Shown: positions 46,667 to 55,916 of the stretch, in pieces
Position numbering within the stretch: the stretch's first letter is position 1
Layout of the letters: the number at the start of each line of letters is the position of its first letter
Assembly: GCA_964521295.1 (NCBI GenBank)
Contig: CAZFRF010000001.1
Location: forward strand, 705,016-769,015
DNA: 64,000 bases
Direction: 5' to 3'
Origin: an uncultured Gammaproteobacteria bacterium
GTDB lineage: Bacteria > Patescibacteriota > Microgenomatia > Levybacterales > UBA12049
Notes under the pieces: model-generated
Told to the model about the DNA's origin: nothing
What the model saw: the letters and a program-made list of their open reading frames with translations, nothing else
Database searches by the model: none
Made by a program: the position numbers and the translations under genes

Positions 46667-49099
46667 ATGAAATTAGACGGCGTAAGACAAAAAGTATTTT
46701 TAGACAGATATAGCTTAAAAGATGTAGCTGGTAGTCCAATGGAAAAAACACCAGAGGAAATGTGGAGAAGAGTAGCTAAGGGAATTGCAGGTGTTGAAAA
46801 GCCAAAGGATCGCAAAAAATGGGAAGATAAGTTTTTCGATGTAATGACAGATTTCAAATTTCTTCCCGGTGGTAGAATTTTAGCAGGAGCAGGTACTGGT
46901 TTTGATGTTACCTATTACAACTGTTTTGTTATTCCAAATCCTCCAGACTCAAGAGGTGGAATCATGGAAAATCTAACTCAAATGATTGAGATCATGGCTC
47001 ACGGTGGAGGCGTAGGTCTTAATCTTTCTTCTTTAAGACCAAGAGGTTCAAGAGTCAAGAAAGTAAATGGTTTTTCCTCAGGTCCTATTAACTGGGCAGA
47101 GCTTTATTCACTAGCTACTAAAGATATAGTCCAGCAAGGTGGATCAAGAAGAGGAGCTTTAATGTTAATGCTTCATGATTGGCATCCAGATATCGAAGAA
47201 TTTATTACTGTTAAAGAGGATTTAACTAAAATTAACGGTGCTAATCTATCAGTTTGCGTGTCTGATGGTTTAATGGAAGCAATAAAAAAAGATGCAGATT
47301 GGGATTTGGTATATCCAGAATTAGATGATCCAAAATATGATAAAAAATGGGCAGGCGATATAAATGAATGGAGAAAAATTGGGGGTAAAGTAAAGGTTTA
47401 TAAAACAGTTAAGGCTAGATATTTATGGGATTTAATTTGTACAGCAGCTTGGAGATCAGCTGAGCCTGGTCTTCACTTCTTAGAAAGATCAAACAAAAGA
47501 TCAAATACTTGGTATTTTGAAACCTTAACAGCAACAAATCCTTGTGGAGAGCAGCCACTTTCTCCTTGGGCAGTTTGTAACTTAGGAGCAATGAATTTGT
47601 CTGCTTATGTTAAAAAAGGTGAATTTGACTATGATAATTTTGGTAAAGATGTTCAAGTAGCTGTAAGATTCTTAGATAACGTTATTGATGATACCCATTA
47701 TTTCTACAAAGAAAACGAAAAGGTAGCCAAAGATATTAGAAGACAAGGATTGGGAATAATGGGACTAGCTGATGCGCTTATAAAAATGAAGGTCAGATAT
47801 GGCGCAGAAGAGTCTTTACCAGTTATTGAGAAAATCTTTAAGACCTTAAGAGACAATGCATATATTGCTTCTTCAAATATTGCAGCAGAAAAGGGAAGCT
47901 TCCCTAAATTTAATAAAGAAAAATATTTACAAGGTTTCCATGTCCAAAGACTTCCCGAAGATATTAGAAAAAGAATTGCCAAACAGGGAATGAGAAACGC
48001 AGTCGTCTTGACTATCGCTCCAACAGGCTCAACTGGTCTTTTAGCTGGTGCATCTTCTGGAGTAGAGCCAGTTTATGAATTTGAATTCATCAGACGCGAT
48101 AGGCTGGGTGAACACAAGATGTATCATCCTCTTTTTGATGAGTGGAGAGCGGCAAATCCAAATGATGAGAGACCAGGCTATTTTGTTTCAGCAAATGATT
48201 TAACCCCTGAAGATCATGTAAAAGTTCAGGCTATTGCCCAGGATTATATTGATTCATCAATTTCAAAAACAGTTAACGCACCAAAAACTCATACAGTTGA
48301 TGATGTAAAAAGACTTTATGAAATGGCATATGACTCTGGTCTTAAAGGAATTACTTATATGAGAGATGGTTCAAGACAGGGAGTTTTGGAAAGAATTGAT
48401 GATAAAAAAGAGGAGAAGAAAATTATTCCTCAAGTTCAAACCAGTATGCCAATTTTACCAAGGCCAATGATGGTTGAAGGAGTAACTTATGGAACTGATA
48501 CTCCAGTTGGAAAAACCTACATTACTATTAATCATGATGAAAACAAACAACCATTTGAAGTATTCATCACAGTAGGCAAATCAGGATCAGATGTTGCAGC
48601 TATGGCTGATGCATTAGGCAGAATGATTTCTCTTAATTTAAGAGTAAATGGAGTTCTTGCTCCAAGAGATAGAGTTAAACAAGTTGTTGCTCAGCTTATT
48701 GGAATTGGCGGGGCAAGAAGCGTAGGGTTTGGGGAAAATAGGGTAAGATCCTTACCGGATGCAATTGCCAAAGTATTATCTAGACATTTTGAATTCAGAG
48801 TAAATGGTGTAGTAGAGGATAAGAAGGTAGCTCTTAATGGAGCAACTAATGGAAATTCCTTACCAAGCAATTTGACTGCCAATACTCACGTCCCAGTCGC
48901 AGCTGATTCTGGAGTAGAGGAAAAAACAGAACAAATTGTAAAAATTGAGCAATTAAGCTTGTCTGCAAAACCAATGCAAGCAAGTGAAGCAATGACAACA
49001 ACTGGACTTTATGATTTCTGCCCAGACTGCGGTGGAGCATCTCTTGCCTATGAAGAAGGCTGCAAGAAATGCTATGCTTGCGGTTACTCCGAGTGTTAG
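46667..49099 (+). CDS. nrdJ: Class II adenosylcobalamin-dependent ribonucleotide reductase
   Basis: NCFV, QGGSRRGA, TNPCGEQ, CNLG, TIAPTG, C-terminal CPDC...EEGC..C..CGYSEC. Confidence 0.95.
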   Translation: MKLDGVRQKVFLDRYSLKDVAGSPMEKTPEEMWRRVAKGIAGVEKPKDRKKWEDKFFDVMTDFKFLPGGRILAGAGTGFDVTYYNCFVIPNPPDSRGGIMENLTQMIEIMAHGGGVGLNLSSLRPRGSRVKKVNGFSSGPINWAELYSLATKDIVQQGGSRRGALMLMLHDWHPDIEEFITVKEDLTKINGANLSVCVSDGLMEAIKKDADWDLVYPELDDPKYDKKWAGDINEWRKIGGKVKVYKTVKARYLWDLICTAAWRSAEPGLHFLERSNKRSNTWYFETLTATNPCGEQPLSPWAVCNLGAMNLSAYVKKGEFDYDNFGKDVQVAVRFLDNVIDDTHYFYKENEKVAKDIRRQGLGIMGLADALIKMKVRYGAEESLPVIEKIFKTLRDNAYIASSNIAAEKGSFPKFNKEKYLQGFHVQRLPEDIRKRIAKQGMRNAVVLTIAPTGSTGLLAGASSGVEPVYEFEFIRRDRLGEHKMYHPLFDEWRAANPNDERPGYFVSANDLTPEDHVKVQAIAQDYIDSSISKTVNAPKTHTVDDVKRLYEMAYDSGLKGITYMRDGSRQGVLERIDDKKEEKKIIPQVQTSMPILPRPMMVEGVTYGTDTPVGKTYITINHDENKQPFEVFITVGKSGSDVAAMADALGRMISLNLRVNGVLAPRDRVKQVVAQLIGIGGARSVGFGENRVRSLPDAIAKVLSRHFEFRVNGVVEDKKVALNGATNGNSLPSNLTANTHVPVAADSGVEEKTEQIVKIEQLSLSAKPMQASEAMTTTGLYDFCPDCGGASLAYEEGCKKCYACGYSEC

Positions 49100-49102
49100 C
49101 TT

Positions 49103-49651
49103 ATGTCTATATATACTAAGTTTGGTGATAAAGGTAAGACCTCTTTGTATGGCGGTAAAACCGTTTCTAAAGGCAGCGTTAGAGTAGAAGCTTATGGAAA
49201 CCTAGATGAATTAAATAGCTTCTTAGGAGTCGCTGTAAGTCTTTTAAAAGATAAAGAGGTAAAAAAGGAAATTATCAGTATTCAAAACGATCTATTTGAG
49301 ATTGGATCGTCAATTGCCTCAACTGCAACCAATAAGCATAAGATTTTAGGTGTATATTTGAAGCAAAGAGTTATTGAATTTGAAGAGGAAATTGATAAAA
49401 TAACTAAAAAATTACCAGAGCTTGAAAATTTTATCTTACCAGGAGGCTCAGAAACAGGTTCAAGGTTACATTTTGCTAGAACCATAGCTAGAAGAGCAGA
49501 GAGAAGGATAGTAACTTTAGCTGAAAAAGAAAAAGTTTTATCAGAAGTACTTATTTATTTAAATAGAGTTTCAGATTTGTTATTTATGTACGCAAGACTT
49601 ATAAATTTAAAAGAAAAGAAAAAAGAAATAATTTGGAAAACTAGAGATTAG
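49103..49651 (+). CDS. pduO: PduO-type ATP:cob(I)alamin adenosyltransferase
   Basis: IYTKFGDKGKT, YGNLDELNS, FILPGG, RRAER, LNRVSD. Confidence 0.93.
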   Translation: MSIYTKFGDKGKTSLYGGKTVSKGSVRVEAYGNLDELNSFLGVAVSLLKDKEVKKEIISIQNDLFEIGSSIASTATNKHKILGVYLKQRVIEFEEEIDKITKKLPELENFILPGGSETGSRLHFARTIARRAERRIVTLAEKEKVLSEVLIYLNRVSDLLFMYARLINLKEKKKEIIWKTRD

Positions 49652-49656
49652 TTTTC

Positions 49657-49740
49657 AACGGGTGAAAGCAGGCGAAAATCCTGCGCTGTGCCGCAACTGT
49701 ATAGTCAGAGCCCCGAATATAAATCTTCCGAGCAGAAGTA
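49657..49740 (+). ncRNA. Cobalamin riboswitch (compact type)
   Basis: CGGG-TGAAA-GCAGG-CGAAAAT-CCTGC-GCTGTG-CCGCAACTGTA-TAGTCAGA-GCCCCG: T-loop hairpin, CCGCAACTG and AGTCAGA B12-box elements. Confidence 0.82.
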
Positions 49741-49755
49741 TGTTTTTTAGCATAC

Positions 49756-49782
49756 AACTTCTCGGAGACGAGGAGTTTTTTT
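49756..49782 (+). terminator. Intrinsic terminator, riboswitch expression platform
   Basis: AACTTCTCG-GAGA-CGAGGAGTT then a T run ending directly at ATG 49783. Confidence 0.8.
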
Positions 49783-51084
49783 ATGCACGAATTACCAAGA
49801 ACAGAGGCAAAATTACAACCAGCCTTCAGAGAACCAGGTTCACAAGTTTTAAGTGCTCCTTCATTTGAAGGATCGGTTAAAAGAGCAAAGACTCTAGTAT
49901 ATGAGCCTGAATTTGATAGGCAAATGTACAGGGCTTACTCAGGATTGTCTCCTGAAGATCAACGAATATTAAGACAATATACGACTCAGCAAGTAGAGAC
50001 TTATGTTGGAGAAAGATTAGGCGTGGTTGAATCAAGAATTAGGTGGAATATTGTTGAGGGAAAAATTATTCCCGAAGGAGTTGATACGCCTCTAGAAACA
50101 ATTATTGCTAATGGTGTTAACTGGAGAAGGTCATTTAACGAAAACGGAGAATTAAATGGAAACCCTGTAGATTTTACTAGGGAAGAGGCAGAGTATGAAG
50201 GTTTTTTAAAAAGCCAAGCTAGACTTACTGATCCCGAAACACCAGTTGGCGCAATTGACCTATCTGTTTCTCCTCCCGGCGGAGAAGGGTCAGATTATAA
50301 GCATAAATTTTTTGATGTTCGGGTTGTAAAAGAAGATGCAAGCGGGACAAGATATATTGAAGCAACTCGTTTTCTTTCAGATTTAAATGTCGAGGGATAT
50401 AGAGAGCAATTGGCTCCAGTTAAAGAATTTGCTGAGACCCCAACTCCTGAAGATTTCTTGAAAGACCCAATAGTTTTAGATGGAATATTTAGCGATGCTT
50501 CTGAGGTTGGTACATATTTATCAGGTGGAGTAAGAGCATTGGAAGTTCAAAGATTTGCTGAAATAAAATCCTTACTTAGGCCTTATATAATAAGTTACAT
50601 TAATTCTTTAATTAATAATCCTTACGCTATTTTAGATCATAATTTACGTTTAAATGCTATTGTTAATGAAGCTGATGCTGTTCATGATGCACAAGAATTA
50701 AAAGACCATCTATTGTTAAGAGCTAAGCGTCATTTTGCAGATTTTGCACCAAGCTCAATGGTTGAGCAAGCCGTTCAGATTCTTGGGCGTCAGAGGGTGA
50801 GACAAGCTGTAGTTCCTTGTCCGGGTGAGAGTGGCGGTTTAGATGTTGGCGGAGATCCTAATTTGGTTAGGGATCCTTTTTCGGTCGGAGATTTCGGTAA
50901 ACCGCCAATGAGCGAAGTGGAAAAAGCTAAGAAAGATCCTAATTTATGTAAGTGCTTAGGAAAGGACAATCCCCATTTTCATTGTCCTGGAAAAACCGAG
51001 GCTGGGAAAAAGTGTGAATCTGTAATTATAGTTGGCCAAGGTGTTTCAAGATGTCTAAAGTGTGGAGAAGGAAAGAAATGTTAA
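49783..51084 (+). CDS. Hypothetical protein with C-terminal Cys/His zinc-ribbon-like region
   Basis: 433 aa; CKC...HFHCPG...C...CLKCG...C. Confidence 0.8.
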   Translation: MHELPRTEAKLQPAFREPGSQVLSAPSFEGSVKRAKTLVYEPEFDRQMYRAYSGLSPEDQRILRQYTTQQVETYVGERLGVVESRIRWNIVEGKIIPEGVDTPLETIIANGVNWRRSFNENGELNGNPVDFTREEAEYEGFLKSQARLTDPETPVGAIDLSVSPPGGEGSDYKHKFFDVRVVKEDASGTRYIEATRFLSDLNVEGYREQLAPVKEFAETPTPEDFLKDPIVLDGIFSDASEVGTYLSGGVRALEVQRFAEIKSLLRPYIISYINSLINNPYAILDHNLRLNAIVNEADAVHDAQELKDHLLLRAKRHFADFAPSSMVEQAVQILGRQRVRQAVVPCPGESGGLDVGGDPNLVRDPFSVGDFGKPPMSEVEKAKKDPNLCKCLGKDNPHFHCPGKTEAGKKCESVIIVGQGVSRCLKCGEGKKC

Positions 51085-51218
51085 AAAAAGATAAAGATTG
51101 TACTGAGTGCTATAAAATAAAGTGTAGAAATTGTGGCTGGGAACCGACAGTCGAACAAGAAAGGCAAGTTTTAAGCGGTTTACTAACTAAGTGTCCAGAC
51201 TGTGGTGGGGGAAAATAA
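51078..51218 (+). CDS. 46 aa microprotein with three CxxC motifs
   Basis: Hand translation MLKKDKDCTECYKIKCRNCGWEPTVEQERQVLSGLLTKCPDCGGGK; start overlaps the upstream stop. Confidence 0.75.
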   Translation: MLKKDKDCTECYKIKCRNCGWEPTVEQERQVLSGLLTKCPDCGGGK

Positions 51219-51280
51219 TATAAGGAACTTGTTAGGTTAATTTAATTGTTCAAAGTTTGCCAAAATGCTATTATTAACCT

Positions 51281-51685
51281 ATGGATAATAGTTCAAAACA
51301 AAAACCAATTTTTGATCCTAATCAACAAGCTACTAACCAGTCACAGTCTAATAGCTTTATTCCGGGAGTAAACAAGGAGCATGAAGTAAGTGGTGGAAAT
51401 TTTATTAGAGCTTCTGAGCCAGAGCATGTTTTGGATCAAGAAGTAAGAGAGATAGGCGTGCAAACGGTTTCTGATAAGCCTAATTTAACAGATGTACATT
51501 CTCAAGTTGGAATATCACATTCTTTACAAAATACAGATCCAGTTACTAAAAATCCTAAAACAATAGAGTTTCCCTTAAATGATAGCGAAGTAGGAGGTTT
51601 GTTGCAAAACAAAGATGAAAAATCATCAGCCTATTGGTTAGCAGTGTTAATAGATAAAGTAAAAAAAGTATTGACTTTAAAATAA
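51281..51685 (+). CDS. Hypothetical protein upstream of the VirD4-like gene
   Basis: 134 aa; TATTAT 6 nt before ATG; 1 nt gap to the next gene. Confidence 0.7.
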   Translation: MDNSSKQKPIFDPNQQATNQSQSNSFIPGVNKEHEVSGGNFIRASEPEHVLDQEVREIGVQTVSDKPNLTDVHSQVGISHSLQNTDPVTKNPKTIEFPLNDSEVGGLLQNKDEKSSAYWLAVLIDKVKKVLTLK

Positions 51686-51686
51686 T

Positions 51687-54059
51687 ATGTTTATTTTTAA
51701 TCAAGTATTGCTATTAATTTACGCACTAATAATAACCATTATTTTAATGGGTATTCTTGCTATATTTGGTGCTGTTTTGGGTTATTTATTTGTATTGTGG
51801 CAAAGAAATAAAGATAAAGAAAAATATTCCTTAGATTCGATTCTTTTGCAAATCGCTCTTCCTAGGGATAATGAGGTTAAGATAGATGCTGCAGAGCAGT
51901 TCTTTAATGCTTTTGCCGGCATTAAAATAGGTGGTAGATTTGCTTCATTAAAATATCGACCCCATATTTCGTTTGAAATTGTAGGAACCCCTGGAGATAT
52001 TAGGTTTTACGTGTATGTTCCAAATAAGTATCGAGACATGCTAGAAAAACAAATTAACGCTTCGTATCCCGATGCAGAAATCTCAGTAGTTGAAGAAGGT
52101 GCTTCTAAAAGCGTTAGGGAGGGTCAAATTATTGGTAATGAATATAATATATTTTCTTCTCAAGGTCATGTTGCTCATAAAACTCTAAAGTTAAAAGATT
52201 CAAACTATAAACCGATTAAAGTTTTTAAAGAATATGCAGTCGATCCTTTATCTGCTTTAACTTCTGTTTTGGCTAAAATGGGAGAGGGAGAAGGGGCAGC
52301 GGTTCAGATTTTAATTACCGGAGCAGACTCTAAATGGAGTAAGTTAGGTAGGGCTCATATCGCTGAAACTAAAAAAAGAGAATCTAATCCAGAAACTGCT
52401 AAATATTCTTCAGACCCTAAAGAGCTCGAGGGAATTGAAAATAAGATTTCTAAGCCAGGTTTCTATGCAGTTGTTAGATTAGTTGTTTCCTCAACTAGTA
52501 AAGAAGCAGCTGAGGCTCATTTAAATAATTTAGAAAATGCTTTTGAACAGTTCGGCGGCGTAAATTCATTTACTAAAGATAAAACCAGATTCCAGGGAAA
52601 TTTTGTAACTGAGTTTATTTATCGTCATTTTCCAACAAGAGGAACGTTATCTGTATTAACAAGCGAGGAATTGGCAACGATTTGGCACTTACCAAACAAA
52701 TCCATTTCTACACCTAATATTTATTGGCTAAATGCTAAAAGAGCGCCAGCGCCTGCTCAGATTCCAACAAGTGGTTTGTATCTAGGAATGAGTAGTTTTA
52801 GAGGAATAGCCAAGCCAGTTTATATGACTGAGGATGATAGACGAAGGCATATGTATATTATTGGTAAAACTGGTGTTGGTAAGTCTCAGCTTTTAAAACA
52901 GATGGTAATTCAAGATGTTCAGGAGGGTAAAGGAGTTGCGGTTATTGATCCCCACGGAGATTTAATTGAAGATATTTTGTTAAGAATTCCTCCTGAAAGA
53001 GCAGAGGATGTTATTTTATTTGATCCATCCGACACGGATAGACCTCTTGGCTTGAATATGCTAGAGGCACAAACCGAGCAGGAAAAACATTATATCGTCA
53101 GCTCAATCGTTGGGCTCATGTACAAGCTGTATGATCCGAATAAAACAGGTATTATCGGTCCAAGATTTGAGCATGCAATTAGAAACGCAATGTTAACCGT
53201 TATGAGTGAACGTGGTAGTACTTTTATTGAAGTTGTTAGAGCTTTAACAGATTCTAATTTTGTTCAAGAATTATTGCCTAAAGTTCAAGATCCAATTATT
53301 AGACGTTACTGGACAGATCAGATTGCTCAAACTAATGATTTTCATAAATCTGAAACTTTAGACTACATTGTTTCTAAATTCGGTAGATTTGTTACCAATA
53401 AAATGATTAGAAATATTATTGGCCAAAGTAAATCATCTTTTGATTTTAGAAAAGCAATGGATGAAGGAAAAATCTTATTGGTTAATTTATCTAAAGGAAA
53501 AATCGGAGAAGAGAACGCAGCTTTCTTAGGTTTAGTTTTAGTTCCCAGAATTTTAGTTGCTGCTATGAGTAGGCAAGATATTCCTCAAGAACAAAGACGA
53601 GATTTCTATCTTTATGTTGATGAGTTCCAAAATTTTGCTACTCCAGATTTTGCTCAGATTTTGTCTGAGGCAAGAAAATATCGCTTGAATTTAATCGTTG
53701 CTAATCAATTCGTAGGCCAGATGGATGAAGAGGTTAAAAACGCTATTTTTGGAAACGTAGGTACAATTATGGCTTTTAGAGTTGGTGTTACTGATGCAAA
53801 TTATCTGCAGCATGAATTCCAGCCTGTTTTCTCAGAGGCTGATTTAATCAATATCGACGTCTTTAACGCTTACGTTAAAACGATCGTAGGTAATGCTCCC
53901 GTTACGCCTTTTTCGATGGACACGACTAAAGATATTAGTAAAGAACAAGCCTTGGACAATCCTAGAGTTGCAGAGCTAATCAAGGAACTTTCAAGAATTA
54001 AGTATGGAAGAGATGTAAACGAACTTGAGATTGAGATTGCCCAGAGAGCAAGGCTTTAG
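51687..54059 (+). CDS. VirD4/TraG/TrwB-like coupling ATPase
   Basis: N-terminal TM, RRHMYIIGKTGVGKS, IDPHGD, YVDEFQNF, SEARKY, ANQ. Confidence 0.88.
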   Translation: MFIFNQVLLLIYALIITIILMGILAIFGAVLGYLFVLWQRNKDKEKYSLDSILLQIALPRDNEVKIDAAEQFFNAFAGIKIGGRFASLKYRPHISFEIVGTPGDIRFYVYVPNKYRDMLEKQINASYPDAEISVVEEGASKSVREGQIIGNEYNIFSSQGHVAHKTLKLKDSNYKPIKVFKEYAVDPLSALTSVLAKMGEGEGAAVQILITGADSKWSKLGRAHIAETKKRESNPETAKYSSDPKELEGIENKISKPGFYAVVRLVVSSTSKEAAEAHLNNLENAFEQFGGVNSFTKDKTRFQGNFVTEFIYRHFPTRGTLSVLTSEELATIWHLPNKSISTPNIYWLNAKRAPAPAQIPTSGLYLGMSSFRGIAKPVYMTEDDRRRHMYIIGKTGVGKSQLLKQMVIQDVQEGKGVAVIDPHGDLIEDILLRIPPERAEDVILFDPSDTDRPLGLNMLEAQTEQEKHYIVSSIVGLMYKLYDPNKTGIIGPRFEHAIRNAMLTVMSERGSTFIEVVRALTDSNFVQELLPKVQDPIIRRYWTDQIAQTNDFHKSETLDYIVSKFGRFVTNKMIRNIIGQSKSSFDFRKAMDEGKILLVNLSKGKIGEENAAFLGLVLVPRILVAAMSRQDIPQEQRRDFYLYVDEFQNFATPDFAQILSEARKYRLNLIVANQFVGQMDEEVKNAIFGNVGTIMAFRVGVTDANYLQHEFQPVFSEADLINIDVFNAYVKTIVGNAPVTPFSMDTTKDISKEQALDNPRVAELIKELSRIKYGRDVNELEIEIAQRARL

Positions 54060-54073
54060 TATAATGCACCCAC

Positions 54074-54145
54074 GCGTCTGTAGCTCAGTGGTAGAGCGCT
54101 ACTCTTATAAAGTAGATGTCCTTGGTCCGATCCCAAGCAGACGCA
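54074..54145 (+). tRNA. tRNA-Ile(TAT)
   Basis: GCGTCTG/CAGACGC, CTACT-CTTATAA-AGTAG, T arm CTTGG-TCCGATC-CCAAG, A73. Confidence 0.88.
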
Positions 54146-54160
54146 CTTTATAGCCTCAAA

Positions 54161-54493
54161 TTAACGAAGAATAATTTTTTTATTAAACCCAGGTAAAACA
54201 AACCCTTTTTCCATTTGAATTTGACCTAACAAAATATCATCAATTGGAAACATCCTGGGTGTTTGGTCTGGTTCTTTAATTGCTGACCATGTCGCCATTG
54301 CCTGAACCCTTGGTCCATCAGGAGCAATGAGAACTGTTCTAATTTCATCGTATCTTGCGCCTGGATCTTTTTTGGCCTTAGAATACCAATGCCTAGAAAA
54401 GGTAAGAGAGTTATCGGGTGTTACTTCTTGTGGTCTTTTTAGAAATCTTCCTAGAAATCCAGTATCGACCACATATAGCGATCGTTCATTCAT
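54161..54493 (-). CDS. Hypothetical protein
   Basis: 110 aa ORF 1 nt downstream of the recombinase gene. Confidence 0.6.
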   Translation of the reverse strand: MNERSLYVVDTGFLGRFLKRPQEVTPDNSLTFSRHWYSKAKKDPGARYDEIRTVLIAPDGPRVQAMATWSAIKEPDQTPRMFPIDDILLGQIQMEKGFVLPGFNKKIILR

Positions 54494-54494
54494 T

Positions 54495-55355
54495 TTATAA
54501 TTCTGTTAATGTAGAGGTTTCTTTACCTCTTTCTGGTACATATTGGAGATATCTTTCAGTTGTGGAGAGTCTTTTATGGCCTAAAACCTTAGATAAGACT
54601 AGGAGTGATACTCCATGTTTTAGGTGATGGGCAACAAAGGTATGTCTTAAATCATTTACTTTAGCACTTTTAATTTCAGCTAGCCTAAAATATCTCTCAA
54701 CTGCGGTTCTGATGTTTCTAATTAGGAAAGGTTTACCACTTTTAGTAACAAAAACATGCTCATCGGTTACTTTTGGTCTTAATTCTAAATATCTATCTAG
54801 AGCTTCTTTTGCTCTTTTATTTAAAGGAACATTTCTTTCTTCGTGTTTTTCGAATGGGGAAATGTGCAAAGTATCTTTATTAATATCTGAGAGTTTTAAA
54901 TTAGCGAGTTCGCCAATTCTAATACCGGTTTGTAGTAAAAGCTCAATAACAGCAAACATTCTAGCGTCATTTCTAGCAGCGTCTCTTAAGGCTCTGTATT
55001 CGGTTGGAGTTAATATTCTAGGTGGTGCAAGCTGGTACTTAGGGTGTGAGACTAAAAGTGAAGGATCATCGGTTATATATTCGCTGATTTTTAAGAATCT
55101 ATAGAAGGTTCTGGTTGAGTTAATTTTTCTAGATACTGATTTAGGAGTATATCCTTCCTGAGCAAGCTTTGCTAAAAAGGCATCTAAATCTTCCTTGGTA
55201 ACTTCATGAATATTAGCTCTTTTGAGCTCTTCTAAGAAGGAAATTAACTGATCAATATCCTTGCCGTAAGCAACAATTGTTGAATTGGATTTCTGATTAC
55301 CATGAAGGTAATTTTTGAATTCATCGTGGGCATTTCTTAAGCCAATTTGCTTCAT
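54495..55355 (-). CDS. XerC/XerD-like tyrosine recombinase
   Basis: SAM-like N-domain, TGIRIGEL, NDLRHTF, LGHKRLSTTERY. Confidence 0.9.
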   Translation of the reverse strand: MKQIGLRNAHDEFKNYLHGNQKSNSTIVAYGKDIDQLISFLEELKRANIHEVTKEDLDAFLAKLAQEGYTPKSVSRKINSTRTFYRFLKISEYITDDPSLLVSHPKYQLAPPRILTPTEYRALRDAARNDARMFAVIELLLQTGIRIGELANLKLSDINKDTLHISPFEKHEERNVPLNKRAKEALDRYLELRPKVTDEHVFVTKSGKPFLIRNIRTAVERYFRLAEIKSAKVNDLRHTFVAHHLKHGVSLLVLSKVLGHKRLSTTERYLQYVPERGKETSTLTEL

Positions 55356-55469
55356 AATAAAATAAGATCCTTACTAAAAGTTTGGATCACAATGTCCTAT
55401 AATATCACCAATTTAAATACACGTCAAGCACGAAATTGATCAAAATATGTTAAGATAAATGTACTTCAA

Positions 55470-55802
55470 ATGAAAAAAGCTGCGTATCTAATCGTAATAA
55501 TTGGACTCTGTTTAGTTATAAATAGTTTAGCTCACTCAATCTATAATTTGTGGCACAAGCAAGATCTTTTAGTTTCAGCACAGAGAAATTTAGCTTTAGC
55601 AAAGCAAAAAAACCAAGAACTTAAGGCTAAATACAAAATTGTTACGACTAAGGAATTTGTTGAAGAGGAGGCGCATGACAAGTTATTTATGGTTAGAAGT
55701 GGGGAACATCAAGTTATTATTACTGACAAAGCTAAAACTAACGCTAAGAAAGAATTTGCTCCTCATCCAAATTGGCAACAGTGGTTAGATTTATTTTTGT
55801 AA
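55470..55802 (+). CDS. Septum formation initiator (FtsB/DivIC family)
   Basis: TM, coiled coil, FVEEEAHDKLFMVRSGE. Confidence 0.8.
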   Translation: MKKAAYLIVIIGLCLVINSLAHSIYNLWHKQDLLVSAQRNLALAKQKNQELKAKYKIVTTKEFVEEEAHDKLFMVRSGEHQVIITDKAKTNAKKEFAPHPNWQQWLDLFL

Positions 55803-55804
55803 AG

Positions 55805-55876
55805 TACCAGGGGCGAGGATCGAACTCGCGACCACCGGGATATGAATCCGGAGCTCTACCACTAAGCTACCCTGGC
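55805..55876 (-). tRNA. tRNA-Met(CAT), probably elongator
   Basis: GCCAGGG/CCCTGGT, loop TTCATAT, TTCGATC T loop; Ile2 identity cannot be fully excluded. Confidence 0.85.
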
Positions 55877-55916
55877 GCACACTGTATTTTATCATCTGAA
55901 TTAAAATGAGGCAAAT

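Noticed and set aside
49662-49868. 68 aa ORF
   Set aside because: Coincides with the riboswitch and terminator
54074-55876. Integrative element suggested by a recombinase between tRNAs
   Set aside because: No duplicated tRNA 3' end seen, the enzyme is Xer-sized, and the neighbour is a core division gene
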